From: a virus | Direction: 5' to 3' (one strand) | IMG/VR virus record: IMGVR_UViG_3300025849_000025 | Location: 1 to 64,000 of that record | Length of the DNA stretch: 64,000 bases | Shown here: positions 1 through 10,312 of the stretch, one piece after another | Numbering within the stretch: the first letter of the stretch is position 1 | Layout of the letters: every line of letters starts with the position of its first letter | Position numbers and translations under genes: made by a program | Notes under the pieces: generated by a model | What the model was told of the DNA's origin: nothing | Databases searched by the model: none | Seen by the model: only the letters and a program-made list of their open reading frames with translations

Positions 1-3000
1 GCAACATTTGAGAGATTTTGTGGTAGGATATTTCCCTTGACTTCTTTAATAGCATCTGCTAGTGCGCTTACGAAAGTGTGTGCGCCTGTATAAGACCCTG
101 CCACACCAACTTGCAATGTGATGGTAGTTCCAGTTACAGAAGTAATTGGACATGCTTTGTTAAAGAATGGATGCCCTGCTTGTGGAGCCGCATCATTTTG
201 TGGACCACTACCTGTATCACATGAGAATGTAATTCCAGATGGTGTGAACCAGATGTGATCATCGGAAGTTAATGTATGCGCTCCAATTGTTGCAACAAAG
301 ACGCCAGTTGTTGGGTCGTATGTAGCATCAGTTGGTGTGAATGACGCACCAAATACTGGAAGAACAACTTCTTCTGTGATAACATCTTCAACAACATCAG
401 CAAGGTGTAGATATGCTAATCTTGTAGGCATACGCTGATCGTATGGCAAGATGTTAAGAGCCGCATCCCAATAGTAGGAAGCCGCATTAATTGTTCCAGC
501 ATTACCGCCATATTTCAAGTCTTCTGCAACTGCATCGATGATGTAGCCTGTGTCACGGTAGCATAGTGCTGTATCGTAACCAAGAGCATTGTACTCTTCG
601 CGCAAGAAGTCAGTGATTTCTTGCTTGTATTTCTCTTTTGTTCCTCTGACCAACTGCGCATCTGTTTCAGTAGCGGAGTTGTATCCACCAGTAGGCTCAA
701 CAAGTGTTGGAATGTTTGTGATATCGTTAGCACGAACTACATCCGAAACGATTTCCCAAAGTTCTTGTACTTTAGCAGAAACTGCTGGCACAGAAGCTTT
801 TCTGAATGAGTTTGCTGTTGCACTCACAAATGTGTGTGGCTTAGCATAACCATTCGCACCACCAGCATTCATTGTGATGCCAGTAGCCGTTACCGACAAG
901 ATTTCTAGTGGTGTGTTAAACCAAGGATCAGTTGTTCTTGGATGACTAATATTAATAGGTGTAGGATCAACATCTGATGTTGGGCAAGAGAATGTAATAC
1001 CTTCTTGGTCAACAATGATGTAATCTCCAGCAACCAATCTATGGACACCAATCTCTACTGAGAAAGCACCAGATACTGGATCGTATGAACCATCTGTAGG
1101 TGTATATGTAGGTTGCATAGTTGCATTACTTACACAATCAGCCGTTGCACTTACGAAAGTATGAACTTTGTCAACACCAGCAGCACCAACATTCATTGTG
1201 ATCGATGTTGCATCAACGGCAGTAATTACTACTGGGGTGTTGAAGATTGGATCAGTCGGGCGTGGATGACTAATGTTGATTGGCGTAGGATCAACATCTG
1301 ATGTTGGACATGATAATGTAATGCCATTTTCTGCAATTACAACTCTATCACCAACAGCATATGTGTGTGCGCCGATAGTAAGGTTCATAACTCCTGTTAC
1401 GTGATCGTATGTAGCATCAGTAGGAGTGCTAAGAGTGTTAATTTCTCTTGTTTGTGTTGTTACAACTTGCAACGGTGTGACTACTTCGTTTCTTACGATT
1501 TGACCCATGATGTGAGAAACAAATTCGAATGTTTCCGCTGTCGGAGTTCTTTGATCCTCAGGAAGGATACCAACCGCCGCATCGAAGTAAAGTCTTGCGT
1601 TTTGTGCTGTAGCCGCATTCGAACCATGCTGTACATCCCATGAGATTGTGTCAGCAAAGTAACCAACATCACGCTCACATTTCGCAACATCGTATGTAAG
1701 ATCAGGGTGGTTAGCCGCAATCCATGCTGTTACTTCGTCTTGGATGAATGCTTTGTTAGCTTGGATAGCCGCTTTAGCTTCATAAGCTTCGTCAGAAACC
1801 CATGTTGTACCATAGTCGAGTGCATCAGCCGCTACTTTATCATTCTGCATGATGTCGATGATTTCATCGAATGCCGCATTTGAACGAGAGATTGCTGTAG
1901 CATCTGTCATGTCGCCAGCTACTTCTGCTTTCAACCAATTAAATGCCGCTACTGTTTGTGTCAATTCGTTTGCAATTACAGATTCTGCTGAAGCATTACC
2001 AGTACGATATGCAAGACCTGAGTTTACTGCGTTTACGTTCGAACCTGTAATGATATCTCTTACAACTGCATCAATGATGTAGCCTGTATCACGTTGACAT
2101 AGTTCTTTATTGTAGACAAAATATTCGCTTCTCAACCAAGCATCAAGATCATTTTGGATGAATGTTTTGTTAGCCGCTAGTTGTCTAGCCGCATATTCAC
2201 CTTGTGTAGTCGCAGTGACTTTAACAAGACAGTCAGCTTCAGCACTAATGAATGTGTGTACACCTGTGTAAGTCCCACCATCACCAACATTGACAGAGAA
2301 TGTATCTACGTCAGTTACTGTGATCATCAATGGGAGATCGTATGCAGGGTCACCAATTCTTGGATATGTAGCTTCTGCAACGCCGCCATTATCACAAGAG
2401 AACTTGAAGCTGTGAGGCTTAAGTTGAACGTGATCACCAGTAGCAAGACCGTGTGCTGTTGCAGTTACAACGAACGCTCCATCATTAGGATTGTATGTTG
2501 CACTTGTTACTGAAACGATTTCTGGTTTCTTAGCTGGGTCAGTCCAATAAAGACCGTTAGTGTCGATGCAATCGGCATCTGCACTTACAAATGTGTGTGC
2601 CGCTGAGTATCCACCTGCGTTACCAACATTAACAGTGATTGTTGACCCAGTTACGCCTGTAATTCTTACAGGAGACTTGAAGCAAGGCTCACCTTCTCTT
2701 GGATGGCTGATTTCTACTGTTGTTCCAGCTTCTGTGTTTGCACAAGACAATGTGATGGACTTAGGGGCAATTGTAATCCACTTACCTTCTGGAAGGCTGT
2801 GCGAACCAATTGTCAATGTCATGTCACCACTTACTGGGTCATAGTCAACATCTGTTGGTGTTACTGTGCCTGTGTACATAGTAGCTGTTTTGATGCCGTT
2901 TGGCAATGCACTCACGAATGTATGCACACCAAGGTAACCACCACCGTCACCAACATTAACTGTAATAGTTGTAGCAGTTACTGAGGAGATTGTCAATGCT

Positions 3001-6000
3001 TTTTTGTATGCTGGGTCTGTTGCTCTTGGGTAAGCCGCTTCTCCGATTACACCTGCATTATCGCAAGAGAATGTAATGCCACCCTCTTCGATTATGATTT
3101 TGTCACCGATTACAAACTCGTGCGCCCCAATAGTGATCTCTGTGATCCCTGTTGCTGGGTCATAAGTAGCTGTCGAAGGAGTGAATGTTCCGTTAAGAAC
3201 TGCAACTTCTTGTACAGAACCTGCCTTCGCTCTTGCGAAAGTATGTACGCCTGTATAACCACCTGCATTACCAACATTCATTGTGATTGTAGTATCAGTC
3301 TTTGCAGTGATTGTCTGTGGTGTTCTATAAGGTCCGTCAGTAACTCTTGGGTGACTGATGAAGATTTCTTCGCCAGTTGCAGTATTCGCACAGCTAAATG
3401 TGATGCCTTCTTTTGCAAGAAGAACCTCATCACCAACCTCAAAAGAGTGGTCTTGAATAGTCACAGAGAATATGCCAGATACTGGGTCGTAAGATGCGTC
3501 TGTAGGTGTATATGCTTTACCTTCAGTTTGCATAATGCCCATAAACTCATCGAATGAGTCATTAGAACGTTTGATCGATGCCGCATCTGTAAGGATATCG
3601 GCAGTCTCAATTTTTAGGTGTTCAAATGCACCCAATGTCTGAGGTAATTGTTCGTCAAGTAAGAATTCGGATGTTTTACCACGATAAGCTTTTCCAGATT
3701 GAATTGCCATGAAGTTGGAACCAGTCAGCATATCACGTTGGATAGCTGGCATGATATATTCATTCGTGTCACGCTGACATTTAATGCTGTCGTACATGAA
3801 GAAGTTATCATCAGCCCAATCCATCATCGTATCTTGGATGAAGGATTTGTTGTTCTGAAGTTGAATACGTGCGTTTCTTTGATCCAATGGAATAGATGCA
3901 TCATTACTGAATGTGATCTCTTCACCAACAACAGATACTGCGTTGCGTGTTGCTTCCACAAAAGTATGAACACCTTTGTATCCTGTTGTGCCAGTGTTGA
4001 CAGTAATCGTGTCTAATGTCGTAGCAATAATAGGAACCGATGATCTATATGAAGGATCAGAAGGTCTTGGGTGGCTAATTTGAACTTTGTTGCCATCTGT
4101 ATCACAAGTGAATGTGAAGGAGTTGTCAGCAAATGTTACTGTTCTGCCTACAGTCAATCCATGTCCTTCTATCGTGATGACAAACTCACCAGTAGTTGGA
4201 TCGTATGTAGCATTAGTTGGTGTGAACTTAGAACCATTATTAGCAAGAATATCTACAATTGTGTTGAACTTAGAGTATGCTCTTGTCGCACCCAAAGCAG
4301 AGTTTGCTTGGATTAGATCGTCAGTTGTTTTGCGAAGTCTTTCGTATGCCGCAACTGTTTCGTTTCTTTGGTTGCCAATTACAGCCGCACTTTGCTTGAA
4401 GTAGTAAGCATTACCTGCTGTTACAGAGTTGTAGTTGGTGTCTAGGATAGAGTCCCACTTAACTGCTGGCAAGATGTATTCTTCGATGTCACGAGCGCAC
4501 TTGCCACTATCGTATGCAAAGAATTCATCGTTATTTTCGATCCAATCAATCATACCATCAATGATAAGGTCTTTGTTGTCTTGGATGTTTACACGAGCAT
4601 ATTCTTTTGTTTTGTTTTCGTCATCGTTGTAATCTGTCCAGATAATCGGGTTAGCCGCTTCTTCGCCATTCTTAAGAATGTTTAGAGTCTCATCCAAGGA
4701 TGTGCTAATACGATTTGTTACGTCAGCGGATGCGTTTCCGAAGATATCAAGAATACCTTCTTTAAGATGTTCAATAGAACCTACTGTTTCTGTAAGTTGC
4801 TCAGCCTTAACCACTTGTGAGATAGGAGAGCTATATGTGATACCACTCAAACGACCCCAATAGTTACTACCTGTCGCAACATCAAAACCTGTGTTGTCGA
4901 TGATAATACCTGTGTCACGGAAACACTTGTCTGCGTTGTAGCCTTGGTAACCAAGTCCTGGAGCGCCATCAAAACCTGTAGTTGTGTTAGCTGTTAGGAA
5001 GTCTACCATGTTATCAAGGATATCGTCTTTTGCATCCATGATTGCATCAGCAAATGTAGTGTTAGCGAAGAATAAGTTATCATCACCTTCTGCTGGTCTA
5101 ATAATAGTTGTAGAGCCTTTAGCTCTCATTGAGATGTCACCGAACTGTGTACCAGAGTTGTTCAAAGTCATCTGACCACCATTAAGCGCAAAGAACGCTT
5201 GGCGTGTAAAGATTGACAAGGAACCAATACCGTTAACACCAGCACCGTTTTTAGCAACGTAACCTGTACCGTTTTGAGTACGAGGCGTGAAACCAAAACA
5301 TAGTACGTATGTGTAGAGTGAGTCTGTGTCTAGCAATGCTCTGTCTGCAAGTAAACAACCACCACCACGTCCAACTGCCCTGTTAGGGAAATCGTCAATA
5401 CCGATGCTTTCGATAGTACCTGTACCACCACGTTGGGCGTAAAGGATATCTCCAACTTCTACGTTACCTTTAAGGTTACGAACATAGATTTGTCTGTTGC
5501 TGTCAATATCAGCAATGTATGAAATGAAACCTGTAGCACCAGATGAGAATGTTACTTCGTCATCAATTTCAAATTGGTTTTGTGCTGAGTGTCCAGCAAC
5601 CAAATAGAATTCTTGTCCAAGGTCGAGAATACCACCTTTAGAGTTGAATGGGTTTAGTGTTGGTTCAACATCAAGACGGTTAAAGTTAGAAAGCTGTGAA
5701 CTATCTCGAATGTATGGCGAACGTCTTAGCAACGCACCTGGGCGGTAAGCAATAGCGAAACCACCTTCTGGATAATCAAAGTTATCAACTTCAAAGTCCA
5801 TATATGCGAAACCTTGAACGTAACAACCAGAACCAACTAGAATACCGTTTGTTCTTTCGTATCCTGGTTTCTTACGAATTACTGTAGCGTACTGACCTGC
5901 GGTAGATGTTAATGCACAATCATCTGGAAGAACGATTGGCTCATCAACATAGTATGCGCCTGGACCGACTGAGATGTGGACTGCGTTGTCGATATCGTTA

Positions 6001-7397
6001 CGGTTTACATCACCACCTGCTTTTTCAATAGCAAGTTCAGAGGCACGTGCAAGGGTTCTGACAGGCTGTAGGATAGTTCCTGGATATTTGTCATCACCGT
6101 CAACAGCAACGTGAACTTTAAGCGCTTTTTCTGTGTTTTTAGAAACTTCGTTGTAAAGCTGACGATAAGTCATCTTTTCAGTTTCGCCAGTTTTGACGTT
6201 CTTCAGCGCAAAATAGCTGTCTTCGTCTAGTTTAGGCTCAAATGTTTTTGTCAAATTCATGTCGAAGTCAATTAGCTCAGAGCCTTCGACTACTGAGTTA
6301 GCAACTGTTGAGTCTGTAATAGCACCGCCATCAAATGTAGACTTGGTTGCGTCTAGCCCTGATGCAGACGAACTTGTGATTTGCAAGTTCTGTGCAACCA
6401 CACCGTCCATCGTACCTTGGAATTCTGAATTAGCAATAGTAGAGTTCTGGATAGTGCCTTGGTCGATAGTGGTGTTTGTAAAGATGTTATTGTTGCCTGT
6501 TCCATCAGAGAAGTCTGAGTTAAGAAGAGACATATTGTTTGCAGAACTGTCATTGATAATAGAACTTGTCATTACCATGTTGTTTGCAGTAGAGTCGATA
6601 ATAGAAGAGTTACTTGTTACAGTATCCCAGATAAGACCATTTGCGAAACGTGAATTTGTTATCGTAACGTTATCTAAGTCTGTGTCGCGGATATCACCAT
6701 TAGAGAAGTCTGCGCCAACAATAGTTGTATTGCCAGAAATTGCTGTGTCACGAATTGTGCCGTTAGAGAAATCAGTAGTGATGATAACTGAGTTTGACAT
6801 CAGCGCATCTTCAAGTACGATCTCATCGATAACGACGTTTGTGAGAATTAGGTTGTTAGCAGTACCGCCTTCAATCGAAACGTTAGCAAAACTCGAATTA
6901 TCAATCTGAGAGTTGGTAAAGATGTTATTATTACCAGTACCATCAGAGAAGTCAGAGTTTAGTATTGCCATGTTGTTGGCAGAAGTATCAAGGATGGTTC
7001 CCTGATCTATAGTAGTGTTTGTAAAGATATTGTTATTACCAGTACCATCAGAGAAATCAGAAAGACTGATCTCCGAAGATGTTATGGCAATATTGTTGGC
7101 AGTAGAGTCCACCATGACAACAGCATCAATATTAGAACCTGTTACACGACCACCGTTGTATACAGAGTCAAAGATTTCCACACTTGTGAGGGTGGAAGAT
7201 GACATTTGCACATTAGAGATAACACCACCTGTGATGGTGATCCTATTGAATATTTCATATTGTAACGCTTGAACGAGTTCTTTGCGTGTGATGTTTTTTG
7301 TACCATCATCGCCCTGTATCAGGTTTACAACAACAAACAAATCTTCTGATCTGGTGTTTGCGCCTGTTATCGGACCTAGTTCTGAAATCAACGACAT
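1..7397 (-). CDS. Giant repeat-rich virion structural / tail-fibre-like protein (>2460 aa; 5' end complete, 3' end runs off the window)
   Basis: Not in the ORF track because no stop lies in the window. ATG at 7397 (MSLISELGPITGANTRSEDLFVVVNL...) and the same frame reads sensibly at position 3 (...HTFVSALADAIKEVKGNILPQNLSNV). Contains N-terminal beta-helix-like repeats, a VHVAVDGDD..GT..QPVRTL motif, CxRD helical repeats and ~95-aa YDPxTG...HTFV repeats. Late promoter upstream. Confidence 0.85.
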   Translation of the reverse strand, partial: MSLISELGPITGANTRSEDLFVVVNLIQGDDGTKNITRKELVQALQYEIFNRITITGGVISNVQMSSSTLTSVEIFDSVYNGGRVTGSNIDAVVMVDSTANNIAITSSEISLSDFSDGTGNNNIFTNTTIDQGTILDTSANNMAILNSDFSDGTGNNNIFTNSQIDNSSFANVSIEGGTANNLILTNVVIDEIVLEDALMSNSVIITTDFSNGTIRDTAISGNTTIVGADFSNGDIRDTDLDNVTITNSRFANGLIWDTVTSNSSIIDSTANNMVMTSSIINDSSANNMSLLNSDFSDGTGNNNIFTNTTIDQGTIQNSTIANSEFQGTMDGVVAQNLQITSSSASGLDATKSTFDGGAITDSTVANSVVEGSELIDFDMNLTKTFEPKLDEDSYFALKNVKTGETEKMTYRQLYNEVSKNTEKALKVHVAVDGDDKYPGTILQPVRTLARASELAIEKAGGDVNRNDIDNAVHISVGPGAYYVDEPIVLPDDCALTSTAGQYATVIRKKPGYERTNGILVGSGCYVQGFAYMDFEVDNFDYPEGGFAIAYRPGALLRRSPYIRDSSQLSNFNRLDVEPTLNPFNSKGGILDLGQEFYLVAGHSAQNQFEIDDEVTFSSGATGFISYIADIDSNRQIYVRNLKGNVEVGDILYAQRGGTGTIESIGIDDFPNRAVGRGGGCLLADRALLDTDSLYTYVLCFGFTPRTQNGTGYVAKNGAGVNGIGSLSIFTRQAFFALNGGQMTLNNSGTQFGDISMRAKGSTTIIRPAEGDDNLFFANTTFADAIMDAKDDILDNMVDFLTANTTTGFDGAPGLGYQGYNADKCFRDTGIIIDNTGFDVATGSNYWGRLSGITYSSPISQVVKAEQLTETVGSIEHLKEGILDIFGNASADVTNRISTSLDETLNILKNGEEAANPIIWTDYNDDENKTKEYARVNIQDNKDLIIDGMIDWIENNDEFFAYDSGKCARDIEEYILPAVKWDSILDTNYNSVTAGNAYYFKQSAAVIGNQRNETVAAYERLRKTTDDLIQANSALGATRAYSKFNTIVDILANNGSKFTPTNATYDPTTGEFVITIEGHGLTVGRTVTFADNSFTFTCDTDGNKVQISHPRPSDPSYRSSVPIIATTLDTITVNTGTTGYKGVHTFVEATRNAVSVVGEEITFSNDASIPLDQRNARIQLQNNKSFIQDTMMDWADDNFFMYDSIKCQRDTNEYIMPAIQRDMLTGSNFMAIQSGKAYRGKTSEFLLDEQLPQTLGAFEHLKIETADILTDAASIKRSNDSFDEFMGIMQTEGKAYTPTDASYDPVSGIFSVTIQDHSFEVGDEVLLAKEGITFSCANTATGEEIFISHPRVTDGPYRTPQTITAKTDTTITMNVGNAGGYTGVHTFARAKAGSVQEVAVLNGTFTPSTATYDPATGITEITIGAHEFVIGDKIIIEEGGITFSCDNAGVIGEAAYPRATDPAYKKALTISSVTATTITVNVGDGGGYLGVHTFVSALPNGIKTATMYTGTVTPTDVDYDPVSGDMTLTIGSHSLPEGKWITIAPKSITLSCANTEAGTTVEISHPREGEPCFKSPVRITGVTGSTITVNVGNAGGYSAAHTFVSADADCIDTNGLYWTDPAKKPEIVSVTSATYNPNDGAFVVTATAHGLATGDHVQLKPHSFKFSCDNGGVAEATYPRIGDPAYDLPLMITVTDVDTFSVNVGDGGTYTGVHTFISAEADCLVKVTATTQGEYAARQLAANKTFIQNDLDAWLRSEYFVYNKELCQRDTGYIIDAVVRDIITGSNVNAVNSGLAYRTGNASAESVIANELTQTVAAFNWLKAEVAGDMTDATAISRSNAAFDEIIDIMQNDKVAADALDYGTTWVSDEAYEAKAAIQANKAFIQDEVTAWIAANHPDLTYDVAKCERDVGYFADTISWDVQHGSNAATAQNARLYFDAAVGILPEDQRTPTAETFEFVSHIMGQIVRNEVVTPLQVVTTQTREINTLSTPTDATYDHVTGVMNLTIGAHTYAVGDRVVIAENGITLSCPTSDVDPTPINISHPRPTDPIFNTPVVITAVDATSITMNVGAAGVDKVHTFVSATADCVSNATMQPTYTPTDGSYDPVSGAFSVEIGVHRLVAGDYIIVDQEGITFSCPTSDVDPTPINISHPRTTDPWFNTPLEILSVTATGITMNAGGANGYAKPHTFVSATANSFRKASVPAVSAKVQELWEIVSDVVRANDITNIPTLVEPTGGYNSATETDAQLVRGTKEKYKQEITDFLREEYNALGYDTALCYRDTGYIIDAVAEDLKYGGNAGTINAASYYWDAALNILPYDQRMPTRLAYLHLADVVEDVITEEVVLPVFGASFTPTDATYDPTTGVFVATIGAHTLTSDDHIWFTPSGITFSCDTGSGPQNDAAPQAGHPFFNKACPITSVTGTTITLQVGVAGSYTGAHTFVSALADAIKEVKGNILPQNLSNV

Positions 7398-7433
7398 TCT
7401 GCGATACCCTTATCTTTTTTTTCTTATTTCTTT

Positions 7434-7441
7434 TATTTATA
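7434..7441 (-). promoter_or_regulatory. T4-type late promoter TATAAATA
   Basis: Exact gp55 consensus about 37 nt upstream of the giant ORF start. Confidence 0.8.
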
Positions 7442-7463
7442 ACAATAAGCTTTGAAGACTGCC

Positions 7464-8060
7464 TTAATTTTGAGGTTTAATCCCCATTATCAAGTAAGCT
7501 TGGTCTTTATTTTCTTTCCTTGAGAAAGTGTATCTGGCATTTATTGATTTTGCTAAATCTACAATTTCACTAGGACCATTCCAAAATTCTTGGTCAGTAT
7601 TAAATACTTCTTTATTCTCATCTACGAGATTAAATTCCGCATCGTAATACTCTACTTCGAAACATTCCGCTTCGTGATTTCGCCAGTAGATTTTGGAACC
7701 AAGGACTTCGCCATTTTGTGGGTTTACATAGTACCCACAACCTTCGATTTCTGTGCTTCCAGTTGTATTTATATCATGAGTGTATACCCTACAAGATTTA
7801 TCTTCTAATGCTGTCAAATCAACACCGATGTGATGAATACGCCCATTTATAGTCTCATATATTTCTTTTGATAACGAAAATCCACAAAGTTTCTCGAACA
7901 ATGTAATGTCGTCATCACTATTTACGTGTATAGCACATGTGACGTGCATCTTTTCGCCACGACGTGTAAAGAGAAATCTCCAAACCCTATCCTCTGGGAC
8001 AATATCGATTGCTCTGTCTAATTCTGGGTAAAAACCCTTTAATTTTTGGTAAATGCTCAT
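7464..8060 (-). CDS. Hypothetical protein (198 aa)
   Basis: Tightly packed ORF in the tail operon, no recognised motif. Confidence 0.75.
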   Translation of the reverse strand: MSIYQKLKGFYPELDRAIDIVPEDRVWRFLFTRRGEKMHVTCAIHVNSDDDITLFEKLCGFSLSKEIYETINGRIHHIGVDLTALEDKSCRVYTHDINTTGSTEIEGCGYYVNPQNGEVLGSKIYWRNHEAECFEVEYYDAEFNLVDENKEVFNTDQEFWNGPSEIVDLAKSINARYTFSRKENKDQAYLIMGIKPQN

Positions 8061-8067
8061 CTTATCC

Positions 8068-8955
8068 CTAACTTATCAATGTAGGTGCTAACGGAGCGCC
8101 ACTGTCATTTAGCTTAAACGAATATGCTCTTCTCAATGTGTAATCAGCCGCGTTATTATTAACTCTTGAAGGTTCTAAAATTTGCGTCCAAGGATTACTA
8201 TTTCCATCTGTCGAAACTTTGTATCTTAGATATCCCGGAACACCACTAGCACCTAGATGGTTACCGAAACCACTTTGCTGTGCGCCACCAGCACCAACCA
8301 TAAGAACGTATTCAACGCCAGTATCTATTTCTATTGTTTGAAGGCTTGTTGCGCCTGCAGAACCACCAGCCCCAGCTTTACCTGCATTGTCTCCACCACC
8401 ATACGAAATGATACCAAAGAAACTACCACCAGAAGAACCTAAGTCACCGCCGCCACCACCGCCACCAGAACCAAATTTTGAAAAATCTGCTGCTGGAGCG
8501 GCTGTATTTAATGCACCACCTACGTTACCACCAGTACCAAAAGAACCTACTGTACCAGTACCACCTGCTGTAGCGCCAAGTGTACCATGTAGCCCAGCAG
8601 TACCGCCTGATGCGCTCGTAATGAAATTGAACACGTTATTGTCGTAATCAGATTTTAATAGAATGCCTGTTGCTTGACCATCACCTGATCTTGTGTTAGG
8701 GTCGCCACCGTCTTCATAGCCATTCCCACCTGCTCCACCGCCACCATACATGTCGAGTGTGAGGTAGATAACCTTACTTGCACCGTAGAAGTCTCCTACG
8801 GAAATAGCACCTGACGTTGGGACGTTAGAATTGATGTTCGCATTAGGAACTCTAGTACCACCACGATAATATTCGCTTAGGCTGTGCGGCTCAGCACCAC
8901 CAAATTCATCAGCAATGTCTTTGATTGTTAGGGGACCTGATACTTTGATAGGCAT
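8068..8955 (-). CDS. Glycine-rich tail-fibre tip / adhesin-like protein
   Basis: N-terminal SGPLTIKDIADEFGG..PHSLSEYYRGG...SGAISVGDFYG fibre-attachment-type motif and polyglycine stretches, directly after the fibre gene. Confidence 0.7.
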   Translation of the reverse strand: MPIKVSGPLTIKDIADEFGGAEPHSLSEYYRGGTRVPNANINSNVPTSGAISVGDFYGASKVIYLTLDMYGGGGAGGNGYEDGGDPNTRSGDGQATGILLKSDYDNNVFNFITSASGGTAGLHGTLGATAGGTGTVGSFGTGGNVGGALNTAAPAADFSKFGSGGGGGGGDLGSSGGSFFGIISYGGGDNAGKAGAGGSAGATSLQTIEIDTGVEYVLMVGAGGAQQSGFGNHLGASGVPGYLRYKVSTDGNSNPWTQILEPSRVNNNAADYTLRRAYSFKLNDSGAPLAPTLIS

Positions 8956-8958
8956 GTC

Positions 8959-10128
8959 TTATTTACCCACTTTTTCTTGCAATTCCTTAATGGCTTCGAT
9001 AAGTAGACCGATTACATTACCATGACGGACTGCAAGAGTTTCTTCGCCTGTTTTTGGATCAGTTGTAGTGTATACCGCACCCGGAAGAACTTCTTGCAAC
9101 TCTTGAGCCATTACACCAGTCATAGGCGTATCATCCCCAATATAGTTAAAGTCATAACCGCCAAGCTGAGATACTTTATCAAGAGCATTCGTAATAGGTA
9201 CGATGTTCTCTTTCAAGTTTCTGTCTGATACTGAACCATAAGCTGTAATGTTTCCTGTCGCAACAATAGCTCCATCGACATTAACGCCACCAAACGTTAC
9301 ACTATCAGAAGTAGCAACGCTTTGACCGATGCTAATAACACCCGCAGCAAAGCCAACGCCAGTACCCGCGCTGAGTGCGCCCCTAGCTCTAGTAGTTGTA
9401 AAGTAAAGATTTGTGCCTTCAGCCAAGTTGGTGGTTTTGTGGTTGGTTAACGAACTTACTGTACCATTCACGTTACCAGTAAATGTCGCTGGAATTTCTG
9501 CACCGTTACCGTTTTCAAATACCTTTGTAGTTCCACCTGGGGCATATACATCACCAATTAATTTACCGATGAAAGTATCACTTGTCAATGTATTTGAAAC
9601 GATGTTGTTTGCTGTCACATCACCAGTAATTGTATTGGCTGTAATTGTATCGGCCTCAAAAGAACCAGTTAGGATCATGTCATAACCGTACATTGTGCCT
9701 GCAGGAGTAAGTTTGAATTTAGGCAAACCAGTTCCTGTGTCGATGATAAATGCGGCCTCATCAGAATTGTTAAAACCTACATCCCAAGAAATAGCAGTAT
9801 CAGTATATCTTGTCTGTGCGCCACCGTTATCATATGAGAAAGTAGTGACTTCTTGCGCAGTTGTGCCATTAATTTGGATTGGGGAATTGAAGCCAATAGT
9901 ACCTGCATTAGTAAAAGATGAAACAGTATCCATCTTAAGTTCTGTGTCTGCGATTAGGTTATTAGCTTGAAAGTCACCTTGAATGAAAGCATCACCAGTA
10001 GTGACATCACCAAGTGCTGATGCGGTTACTGCTTGGTCACGAAACAGACCGACCATTTCATTGGTTTTATCAAACCAGTTCTGGAAGGTTTGAGTTGACG
10101 TGATGTTCTGTATACTTGATTTTGCCAT
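8959..10128 (-). CDS. Tail fibre protein with C-terminal peptidase S74 intramolecular chaperone
   Basis: SDRNLKENI...GVMAQELQEVLP...LLIEAIKEL chaperone signature; TTNLAEGTNLYFT fibre repeat. Confidence 0.85.
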   Translation of the reverse strand: MAKSSIQNITSTQTFQNWFDKTNEMVGLFRDQAVTASALGDVTTGDAFIQGDFQANNLIADTELKMDTVSSFTNAGTIGFNSPIQINGTTAQEVTTFSYDNGGAQTRYTDTAISWDVGFNNSDEAAFIIDTGTGLPKFKLTPAGTMYGYDMILTGSFEADTITANTITGDVTANNIVSNTLTSDTFIGKLIGDVYAPGGTTKVFENGNGAEIPATFTGNVNGTVSSLTNHKTTNLAEGTNLYFTTTRARGALSAGTGVGFAAGVISIGQSVATSDSVTFGGVNVDGAIVATGNITAYGSVSDRNLKENIVPITNALDKVSQLGGYDFNYIGDDTPMTGVMAQELQEVLPGAVYTTTDPKTGEETLAVRHGNVIGLLIEAIKELQEKVGK

Positions 10129-10129
10129 C

Positions 10130-10312
10130 TTACTTCTCTATCCGATCTAATCTATCACAAACTTGCACTAGAAGTTCTTTGATTGAATTTACTTCATTGC
10201 TTAACTTCGTCACTTTTGTGTGAAGCGCTCTTTCTTGTTTATATTTATTCAAAGCGGCAACATCAGTATTGAGTACCGCTCTTGAGTTTTCATGTCTAAT
10301 AAACGAGTTCAT
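10130..10312 (-). CDS. Small coiled-coil hypothetical protein
   Basis: Translationally coupled 60-aa ORF (AVLNTD motif) after the DUF4815-like gene. Confidence 0.7.
   Translation of the reverse strand: MNSFIRHENSRAVLNTDVAALNKYKQERALHTKVTKLSNEVNSIKELLVQVCDRLDRIEK

Noticed and set aside
589-7480. Many plus-strand and off-frame ORFs in the track (for example 6259-6909, 3120-3557)
   Set aside because: Shadows of the single giant minus-strand gene; no RBS or protein-like motifs.
1-10128. Diversity-generating retroelement acting on fibre repeats
   Set aside because: No reverse transcriptase in the window; repeats look diverged at all bases rather than only at adenines.
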